Both the position numbers and the translations under genes were made by a program. Positions 32,865-43,509 of a stretch of 64,000 nucleotides of DNA are shown piece by piece. The notes beneath the pieces were generated by a model that had not been told where the DNA came from, made no database searches, and worked only from the letters and a program-made list of their open reading frames with translations. Positions within the stretch are counted from its first letter, which is position 1. Each line of letters starts with the position of its first letter. This DNA comes from Vitrella brassicaformis CCMP3155 (lineage: Eukaryota; Protista; Chromerida), in contig CDMY01001019.1 of assembly GCA_001179505.1 (NCBI GenBank), positions 1-64,000 on the forward strand, written 5' to 3'.

Positions 32865-33035
32865 TTCGCCGTCAGCGCCCCTGGGTCAGGGCTTGCCTGC
32901 CTTAGTCGTCTGTTGCATTCATTCCTCTCTGATGGTCAGCGCCGCTCAGATGGATGAAATGACAGTGCTCAGCACATCGCCCCGCATTCCACTGGCATCC
33001 CTACGAAACCGTCCAACCTCCAACACTCCCTCTTC

Positions 33036-34544
33036 ATGATTGAGCTCGCAGCGCAAGAGACGGATGATGAAGAAGCGAAAGAAGGGCCCATTGTCGCCTT
33101 CAGCAGCTGCCTCCAGCGCTGCTCCCTCGGCCAACCAGCAGCATCGTTTGTTCGACCTGCCCCAGGACGTCCAGCGAGTCGTCTTCTTCCCTCTGCTCGG
33201 CCGCGACGGCCTCGTCCTTCTCCGCCGCACCTGCCCCCTCGGCACCCACCGTGTGTCTGAGGACTACATCAAATCGCAAATCAACCGGCTGCTGGTGGCC
33301 AAGAACATCCGCAACATCATCAGCTATCGGGTGCGGCCACGTGTGCGGATGCGGCCCATGGCCTTCCTCCTGCGCCTGCTGGTACACACGTGATGGACGG
33401 ACTCCGGCTCTCATATTCTGTGTGTCTGTTGTCATGTCTGTGTGTGTCGGCAGTACATCATCGACAACAGCGGCGAGTGGGCCGGGTGGGAGCCAATCAT
33501 CAGGGTGGCCAAGCATCAGGGGCGGAGAGGCGTGAAGTTGCCGATAGAGCTGGGCAGTGCTGATGTGGAGGGGGTGGGCAGCCGGGCGGTGTTTGAGGGG
33601 CGGTGTGAGGCGCTGCGGCTGTGACGTTCGAGCGCGACCCTGTCACGTCACGCGGTGTAAGGCGCTGCGGCAGCTTTCACTCATCGGCCGCCACATCGGC
33701 ATTGAGCTCTCACCTTCTGTGTGTCTGTTGTCATGTCTGTGTGGACAGTTTATCCCCGACCCCAATGGCGAGGAGCGGCTGGGTGGGGCGCGGCTGGTCA
33801 TTCGCCTCCTGCACACACTGCCGGCCGACCACCCCTTCCGCAATGGATTTGACGAGGCCAACCCCGTGTGCCGGTTTTCTGGTGAGGGCGGGAGGGAGGG
33901 AGGACTGTGGGCAATGGACGACCTGGCTGCGTGTGTGTATTGCTGTGTGCAGCTGATGACTATGCTTCAGTCCGCGACGCTGTGTTGCATGTGTGAGAGG
34001 GAGGGATGAGCAGAATGACACACACGAACACATAAAGACATTGGCTGCACCGCTCTGCCATGATGTGTCTGATCAGGGTGCGTCGGGGAGGGCCATTTGT
34101 CGCGTTCCAGCTGGCCATCCAGTCCGACGATGCCACACGCTTGAACCGACTGGTCAGCCACACACTCACACACGACTACCTCACCAGCTGTCCCACTCGC
34201 TCATTGTCATATCTCACTGTTCTCTTCAGCGGCAGCTCGCCACTCAGCCGCCGCCCATCTGGGGCTGCCGCACCATCAGTACGTTCCACCGTCCGGCAGC
34301 AGGAGGAAGCTCCGACCGCACCATCGTGCTGCATGGCGACCAGCCGGACCACCAATTTGAGGCTCACATCTTCATCGACAGCGTGCCCGAGTGTGCCATG
34401 ACCTGGCTCCAGACGACAGAGCTCCCTGAGGATGCCCAGGAGGGTGCGGCGGCGCCCCCCGAGACAGTGAGGGTGGTGCGGGAGGTCATGGGGGACGATG
34501 CACAGGTGGTGTTCGGCAACAAGCTGGCCATAGCCGTAGACTAA
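33036..34544 (+). pseudogene. Family A copy 3 with F-box-like header; disrupted by a local rearrangement with in-frame TGA
   Basis: LFDLPQDVQRVVFFPLLGRDGLVLLRRTC header and shared family A core. TGA at 33622-33624 lies inside a duplicated segment. The 3' flank (gattcatctttcaactctcgagtgt) matches the copy 1 flank. Confidence 0.7.
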
Positions 34545-35138
34545 TTGATTCATCTTTCAACTCTCGAGTGTTACCCGGAGAGCCCTCTTGTCGGTCTGGC
34601 CATTGCAGATGGCAGATGGCAGGCAGGCAGCTGTGTTCGAGACTGACTGACTGACTGATATGTTGACGGGTCGTGTGGCTGCGAGCATGTGGTGTGTTTC
34701 TACGCGTGATGCGGTGGGGTGGGGGCGGGCTAGTCGGTCGACAGACTGCCCATGTGTGTGTGGTGGCCGGGTGGTGGGTGGCGGATGTTTTTCATGGTGT
34801 GGGATGTAGGATCACACCGTTTGGAGACGATGTAATGCCATGGGATCCTCCCTCTCGCCACAAACAGAAACCTTCACCAACACACGACACACACATCAGT
34901 CACATGCCTCCATCCATCATGTAAGTCACCCAGAGTCCCCCCCTCCTCCAGCCATTGAACTGAACAAAGGTTGATTGATAAAACATCGACCTTTGTACAC
35001 ATAAAAGAGCACGCACGCACTACACAGAGACTTCCACCGTCCGCCCCTCCAGCTACTTAAGTCTGCCTGTCGCAGGCCAGAACAGAGGGCGTCAGCGGGT
35101 CGCTCCCGGGCACTATCGCATGAGGGTTCACGCCGCTC

Positions 35139-38100
35139 TCACTTGCCCGCCTCTTCTGGTGCTTCGTCCCCCTGCTGTCCCTCTCCTTGGCAGCAGCGCT
35201 CTCCTGGTGGCGAATCATCAAAGTCGCCAGTATGCTGTCCCTTGTCGTCCTGCGTCTCGAACCGGACGCTCTTGCGGGTCATCGGCAGGGCGCTCGACTT
35301 GGTCCTCCCTCTCCCTTGCAGCGCATCAGAGGCCGTTGTGGTGCGGCGAACCCACAGGAGCGCCCCGGCCGTCACGAGCAGAATCAACAGCATGACGGCA
35401 CCGAAGCCAATCAGCACGTAGATGTGCAGCGGGAGGGAAGTGGCCCAAGGGTCCTCAAGTGGCCTCCCATCCACACCACCACGCGCAGGACCACCACCAC
35501 CAAGGCCGCTCTTGGTGGCTGCCTCTTCTTGGTCCTCCGCCTCCCAATAAGAGAATGACGGTGCACACGTGCGGTGGTGGTCGCAGTCAGACGAGACGGG
35601 CAGGGGGGGCGGGGAGGGCATCAACATGAATGAGAGGGAGGGGTCGACAGAGAAGGCGGTGGTCGAGCGGATGGGTGAGGACGCGTTGGCGAGGATGCTC
35701 TCCCACACAGGCAGTGAGTCCGAGTACTTGACGTTCAGCAACCTACACACACAGAGAGGATGAGGTCGGTCTGTTGTTCTGTGTGTGCATGTGGTGTTAG
35801 TTACCGGAAGAGCGCAATGACGGATCCCCTCATGACGCCGATCATCTGCACGTTGGCGGCCCTCCTGCTGACCGCTCGGCCGGATGCCCGCGCTGCGTCG
35901 AGCGCTTCATCAAACGACTCAGTGAGGGTGTGTTGCAGATCCGTCAGGAAGCCGTCAAGCTGAGTGGCATCCTGACAACAACACAGACACACACATAGAT
36001 ACGGGTGACCCCTGTGTGTGTCCATGTGTGTGTCTGTGGGTGTCTGGTGCTCACGGCCGTGATCTGGTCGTAGTCCTTTCCCAGCACTCTGACCACCAGG
36101 TAGGTGTCGTCATGCTCATGCTCGTCGGGTGTTGCTGCGCCAGCCTGGCTGCCGGCCAGCAGCACAGAGGCGTTGTTCTGCTCGCACACGAAGCGCCGCT
36201 TGGACACACAGGAAAGGGCCTTCAACCGCTCACCGCCAGCAGACCTCTGCAAACATACACACACAACACACAGACACAGGGAGAGCACCCAGGCCACAAT
36301 AAGCACACGGGAAATGGGTGAAGTCGAAATCCCGTACCTCAATGATCCCGCAGCTGCCTTGGTTGAGGCCCTTCTCATCCACATGTGGGTCGCCGTCGTG
36401 CTGCCCGTGTGTATGGCCCCCGACCCACCCCCACCCCTCCCTCTGATGTTTGCGGAGACTCACCCAGTACTCGCCGTCCTGCTCACCGCGCTCGGGCACG
36501 TGATAAGGGGCACCAGAGAAGAGCGCATCGAACGGCGAGAGGCCGTCCTGCGTGTCGAAGGCGGCCAGCTGCCCGCCCTCCCTCTCGCATTGGCTGCTCG
36601 CCTCTTCCCACGACAGGCGGCCGAACTGTAGCTTGTAGCAGGAGCCGCCGATATCCGTGTAGCCCTCTGTGCACTGCTGCTGCTGGGTGCTGCTGTGATG
36701 GGCCGCCAGCACCCGAGAGGACCTGAGCGGACAGCCATCTGGACCGGCATAGGTGCTCTACACAGAGACAGAGAAGAGACGCAGGTCGATCCGTGTGCAT
36801 GTGGTGGTGCTTTGGTATATAGGTTACCTGTATGCTGCGGACATAGGCTGGGTGCAGAGGCACCAGGGGCGGCCGTGGGCCGCCGAACAAAGAGCACGAG
36901 GGCGGCTCGAGCTCGTGGGCGACACACGACGGCTCCTCGTCACACGCCGCCTCACATAGCTCATCGGTCGGCGCCCCTCCCACCTCGGCCAAGAGGCTCC
37001 TTTGGTCGCCGTGAGATGCCATAAGCCGACAGAGGGCCGACCGCCACACAAAAGCCGCACACTTGCCGTCCTTGCCACAGGCATCGCTGCACCCTCTGCG
37101 GGACGACCATGGGCCCTCTTCGCTGCTGCTGGTGTTGCTGCTGTTGCTGGTGGAGAGGACGAGAAAGGGGCGGTGGGAGGTGTCGTCGATCGTGAAGCCC
37201 TCATTGGCGCACGTGTTGTCTGCAGACACACGGAGAGATAATGTAGCCGTCTTTGTGTGGTGACAGTACCTTTGTCTGTGTCAGCCTACCGCAGCTGCGT
37301 GGCGCCCACACGGCCGACAGGTCCTCGCGGAAGCCGCCAGCACCGCCCCACCCCTTCATCAGGCACTCGGTGGCCATGCCCTCCTCGTTAACCACCCGAT
37401 AGACCACCGAGAAACACTCAGGGCTCTGCTGGCACCGATTTTGACAAGCCGCCAGGCTCACGCCGACGAGCGCACTGCCAATGGTGGGTGCCGCGATGTC
37501 CACCGCAATGCGCCTGCACGCCACATCGGATGACAGGACGGCCGCTGGGGAGAGCTCCGGCTGCTCTGGCAACGAGTATGTCGTCGTCTGCTGCTGCTGC
37601 TGCCGCTGCTGGCAGATGAATGGGTGCTTTGTGGCGACGAGACGGCCAATGTGGTGGCCTGGGGTCACACAGGGGGGAAGAGCGGCTGTGGTCGACGCAT
37701 GGTGGCTGTCGGAGGACGGGGTCTCTTCACAGTGGCCATGGCAAGGGTGGAGGCCCCAGTGCTGTGTGGGTGGGGCGGGGCGGCCCGTTGACACTTCTTG
37801 CGGCTGCAATGCAATGCATCGGAGAAAGGAATACGAAACATACCAAAACATCCGAGAGGATTCAACTCAAGAGAGAGTGCGCTTGCCTTGATGTATGCGC
37901 AGAGAGGTCCGTCATTGTCGCCTCCGCCACGCGCTCGGGCCAGCTCGCGCATCATGGCCACCATGTCGCCTGTGAGCGTCGTGTTGTCGATCCAGCGCCA
38001 CGTCCTTGGCTCTGCAGACAGCTGCACAAACCACAGGAGCGCAATGGGCATGTCTGTATCTGTGGGTTGCTGACGTACGTCGATATGCAGGCCTATGTGG

Positions 38101-40981
38101 TAGATGGCGTCATGAGTGCCCTGGGGTGCGGGGATGTGGCAGCTGGCCGCTGAAGAACCGGAACAGAAAAACCCCAACAGAGATGACAAATCGGCCTGTA
38201 GGCACACACACACACACGATACACCCACTCCCCCGTCTCTCCCTCCCTCTCTCTACACCCACCTCGTCTCTGACGGTGGCCAGGTGCCCCCCACTCTGCT
38301 CACACACCGCCTGTGCGCCCTCCCACCCCTGCTGCTCCCACACAACACGATAGCACTCGCCGTTTCTCAACCCAAAGTAGCCATCCCGACATTGACCGCC
38401 ATCGGCATCGTCACTCTGCCCCTTGAACGCGCTCGCCGCGCTACGTGAGGGGCACGCGGCCGGCCCCGAGACGTATTTGCGGTTGAATGTTGGGTGGATG
38501 AGCTGCCTGGTGGGAGGGAGGGGCAAGGGGGGCTGCGCGTCGGTGAGGATGAGTGTGCAGGTGGGCGGCTGGTAGTGGGTGCTGGCTGCAGGTGGGCACG
38601 ACCTCGAATCGGGTGCGGGGAAAGAATGCAGCACCGTGTCGCTCTCCTGCACACAGACAAAGCACATAAGCGCAGGGTGAGACAGAGAGAGAGGGAGAGG
38701 GAGAGAGAGAGAGAGAGGGCGAGGGAGAGAGTCTCACCGCGTCTCTGGTTTGGCATTCTGGTGGGCTCCATGTGTAGCCGGTGCAGCCCTTGTTCTGCTG
38801 GCACACGAGGTGGCACGACGCCGCCCCGCCCGTCGCGTTGACCGTCGCCGTGTGGTAGTGCCGCGCGCCACGCGGCGGATGGTAGATGAACCCCTCCTCC
38901 ACACAGCTCATATCTGTACACCCACCAGACAACAGACAGCAAACACACCCATCCATCCATTCATCCACCCTCTCCCCTCTGTTCTTGCTCAAGTCGGCTC
39001 ACCGCAGCTCCTCGGCGCGGCGACCATGTGCTCGCCCCCCTGCTCAGCCACCTGAGCGTCCCACCCATACATGACGCAGGTGCCCTCCCGCCAGCCGTGC
39101 ACCACGTGGAAGCAGCCGGGCCGCCTCGCACACAGCGACTGGCACTCCTGCAGGCTGCCGACAGGTGCCGATGGGCGTGGGTGGGTGAGGACGGTGCCGT
39201 GCAGAGTGCGGCCGTTGAGACAGCAGCCGGGGGCGGGGCACACTGAAGGGGAAGATGGCGTAGGATGATTGGCCAGAGAGAGAAATATGCCTCCTTCTCT
39301 CTCTGTGTGTTGGTGTACCTGTTGGGCTGACGAGTGGTGGGGGAGGTGGGAGAGATAGCAGCTTTGTAGATGTCTCGTTCCGCCGCTTCTCGCAGATGTA
39401 CCGACGCACAACGCGGGTCGCCTTGCCTGACACACACACACACACACCATCCACAATGTGCACCCACGACTCACACATCTCATCCCGTTCTCGTTCTCGT
39501 TGATCTGGCCTTACCGGCCTTCCCATTTGCGGTGCAGTAGGGCAGATTCTGCCACTTGGGTGCGTCGATGACCTCGTGGACACACTGGTAGTGGCAGGGG
39601 GCCGTCAGCCACCCACCACTGGGCGAGCCGTCTTCGATGCTCATCGGCTGCAGACAACACCCACCACATGCAGGTGTGAATGCATGTGTGTTGGTGTGAG
39701 TGTGGGAGGGGTGGGTGACCACCTGGATAAGGGCGCATGACTCGCCCGGCTCATCTGCTGCTGTGGGCGGCGTCATCGTGACATTGGATTGGTCCATCCA
39801 CTGCCAGTGGTCTTGCTCGTCCTGACACACGAACACACGACGTCGTGTGTGTGTCCGACCACTGCCAAATGGCTCACTCGGTATAGCCCGATCCAGTATG
39901 CATTGTCGTGGAGCCCGCCGGCAGGGACGCGACACGAGCCGTCGGGACAGAACAAAGACATCACCGATGCCTGACGCGCCTGCACCACACACACACACAT
40001 GCATTCCGACATGCAGCCATTGCCATGTGTCGACATACCTCGGTGTCGACGACAGCGAGATGCCCGCCCTCCTGTCGACAGATGCTCTCGGCCTCCCTCC
40101 ACGTGGCCATCTCATAGCTGACCCGATAGCACGACGACCCTCCCACACCCACACCCACCGACACATAACCCTCACCACACACACCCTGACCACCATCAGC
40201 ACCAGGCCGCCCCTCGTCAGCCGACCGCCGGTCGGGGCACGGAGCTGGGCCTGACACGTGCTGCATCATGTGGTCGTTGAAGTAGCCGTCGACGAGGGAA
40301 ATGGGGTGTTTTCTCGACTTGAGGTGGCATGTGGGTGGCTGGTACGTGGCCTCGTCGCAGTCGGGATTGTCGTCACAGAGGTCGGTGCAGGACTGTTTGG
40401 AGGGAGAGGGAGGGGAAGAGGGGGGCGCGGTGATGTGGAGAGGCGATTGAAGGCCCTGTGGTCGACACACACATGTGTGTGGCTATGTATGAAGTCTCTC
40501 CCAGCCCAGCCACCCACCTTTTTGATGAGTTGGCACTGTGGGCCGGTCCATGTGAAGTACCGGCACCCCTCCGCCCGCTTGCACGCCCTGTCGCATCCCT
40601 CAGGCCCGTCACTGCCGTCGGACTCACCCACAGCGGCCGACGGATCGTTGGCGGCGTAGATGAAGCCGCGGTCATAACATGACTCATCTGCAAACACACG
40701 CAACCAACACAAACACACAGAACGCATCAAGATCCTTTGAATCATTGTGTCCATCACTCACCGCAGCTTCTGGGGCCGACGAGGAGGTCGGCATCTTTAT
40801 TCTCCCGAATGGTGCCGTTCCATCCCACCATGTAGCAGCTGCCCCACTCGCCATAGCCCGTATAGTGACACTGGGGCGTCCGTGCGCACGCGGCCTGGCA
40901 CTCTGACGCTTCCTTGACCGGCTCGACCAGACCCACACCGATGCCTGAGAGCTCGCCACGTCGATAACACGAAACCTCTGA

Positions 40982-41016
<35 letters not shown>

Positions 41017-42627
41017 TGAGAGGGGATGCAGAGGACACCTTTCAGGTCTCTCTGTGTCCCCGGGTCTGTACCCTCTGGCAGCTCTCTTGCGAGAGGGTAT
41101 CCACACGCCCGCTTGACAGCGCTGCGGGCAGACGTGTCGGTGCCCCTGACCGGCTTGTTGAACAAAAACCGCTTCAGCTCGCAGTTGAAAGTGACCGGCT
41201 CGCCCGTCTCATCGATGTCGTCAGTGACGCCCTCTGGGTGGTAGACGTAGGCCCCGCACGCCATGGCCTGGCTGCACATGAATTGGCACTGACGCTGGGA
41301 GAGGACGGTGTGGTGGGCCAGGCGGTGGAAAGGATTGGGCTCGTACCCCGTGGGCAGCTCGTCGAAGCACCACTCCACTGTCACGAGAGGGCGAGAGAGG
41401 GAGAGAAGGAGATGATACGCGCCTCTCTCTCTCCCTCTCTGTTTTCTGCGGGCTTAGCTTACCGCAGTGCTGTGGGCCGGAAACGATCGACGGGCCGCCC
41501 ATTTGGCGCGGCTCGCCCCCCTCCCGATGCAGCACACACTCGCCCCGTCTGCCGTCGTAGGTGAAGGCCGCGCACTCCCACCTCGTCTGGCACTCGCGCT
41601 GACACATGGCGGCCGACGCGATGCCCGTCATCGGCTGCGACACGAGATGGGGGCCTGAGTTCTCCGTGGATGGCTGGTGGCACGACGTCGGCACTGAACA
41701 AGGGGAGAGGGAGGGAGAGAGCGGATGCAGGAGAAGGTACCTTTTCGTTGTGTGTGTTGTGAGGTGTGCTTACGGGGAGGGCTCTTTTCGATGTTTTTTG
41801 TGAGGTTGATGCGGTCGAGGGTCATGTGCAGGGTGCCGTTGACGGCTCGCACGTTCTCTGGCCGGAAGAGCGCCCGGTTGACGTCAAAGGTGAAGTCCCC
41901 CCGCACCCAGTGGCCGCCATCATGCGCATCAACCACGCCCTCGAAATCGTCTCTCCAAAGCGACTGACACACACACCACAGACACACACACACACACACA
42001 CACACACGTGTCTGCGCTCGCCCCCATCTGTGTCACGAGCGTACCACAAACGCGTGTTTCTCCTGGTCGAGTCTCCACACCTCCACATAGTCGACCAGCC
42101 CCGTGACGGCCGCCCCGCCCCCGCAGTACATGCGGTTGTCGAAGGTGCCGCCCCAGAAGCGGCTGATGTGCTTGTTCATCGGCCACAGGTTCAGGTGCAG
42201 CGACAAAGGCTCCCTGAAGTGGGCCAGCAGCGCCGGGTCGGTCTCCCTGCGGACTGTCCGGTGGTCGAACAAGAAGGCCACGAAATCTGCCACACGCTCA
42301 CACGGAGAGAGAGAGAGGGGGGGGAGTGGGAGAACCGTGTGCTCGTGTGTGTTGGTGTGGGTGTGAGCGGTGCCATCCACGCACCAGGTGTCCACTCGAT
42401 GGCGATTGTGTGGAACTCCTCGCCCCATTTCTCGACGCCCCAGTCGCTGGCGTCGTGAATGCGCTGCCTGAGCGACCTCTGGGTGCTGTTGGGGTCGCTC
42501 CAGATCATGTTGGTCTGGAAGAGGCGGGCAGCCGAGCTGCTGAAGGAGAGCGTCTGCGACGAGCCGAATATCTCGATGTCCAGCTCAGACCTGACAACAC
42601 AGTCCACACAGGTCACAGATGTGTGGA

Positions 42628-42677
<50 letters not shown>

Positions 42678-43144
42678 GCGCACCATGCGGCCATCGGGTG
42701 GGTGGAGTTGGGTCTGTAGAGGAAGAAGGACATGACGGCCCCCTCGCACACAACCGGACGCACACGCACCTCGAAACGACCTGCACATATCGATAGCGAT
42801 ACACACACACAAGCTGGGCATGCTCTCTGCGTCTATGCGCGTGGTGTCCGTACCGTAATGGAACAGCTCATCGCCATCGGCAGTCACTGGGGACACCGAA
42901 GCTGCACAGACACACACACACACACACACACATAGTGATGATGATCTGAATGCCCTTCCTGCAGCCCCCCCGTGTTTATGTGTGTGTGTGTGTGTGTACC
43001 TCCGCTGAAGAGCTTCTCGCATGTGCCCGTGTTGACGTTGAAAAACATCTCCTCAGTGCCGTCGTGGATGGGGCACTGGCCCCTTACAGACGCCACAACA
43101 ACAGCAGCAGCCGCAACAAACACAAAAGATGCTCGAGGGGACAT
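35139..43144 (-). CDS. Large type I membrane protein: signal peptide - circularly permuted GH16 beta-glucanase - about 10 PAN/Apple modules interspersed with 3 C-type lectin domains - SEA-like domain - TM - cytoplasmic tail
   Basis: Leader MSPRASFVFVAAAAVVVASVRG. GH16 motifs YGRFEVRVR, WSELDIEIFG (ExDxE), EFHTIAIEWTP, HLNLW, VDYVEVW. Repeated CxxxC...C...(F/Y)x(Y/W)...C.L...SGPxxC PAN modules. CTL motifs SCYRV...TWREAESICRQEGGHLAV, ECYRV...WEGAQAVCEQSGGHLAT and SCYKL...SWEEASSQCEREGGQLA. TM HIYVLIGFGAVMLLILLVTAGALLWV followed by RR. Confidence 0.88.
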
Positions 43145-43509
43145 GGCAGGCAGGTAGGCCGGCAGGTAGGCAGGCAGCTCAGTACGATAGATGCGATGCT
43201 TGACAAAGGGGACAGAGAGATGGATGGCGGCACAGATACGAGTGGAATTGACAAAGATGAAAGTTACAGAGGGCAGATCTACCAAATGAGGGAGTCGGGA
43301 ACAGCTGCGGCTGTCAAAAAAGGCGTCACATCAGCAAAACGTCACGCGAGCTTCACGCGAAAACCGTTGGAACAAACCGAAAATGAGTCTATGTCTGCGT
43401 GAGATACGAGTGCTTTTGGCGAGGGGCATTCACCCCGACGTAGGCCATGACATTCCCCGCACACAAAAATGACGGCGTTGTGTGTGTGTGTGCCATCCAT
43501 GCCATGCAG

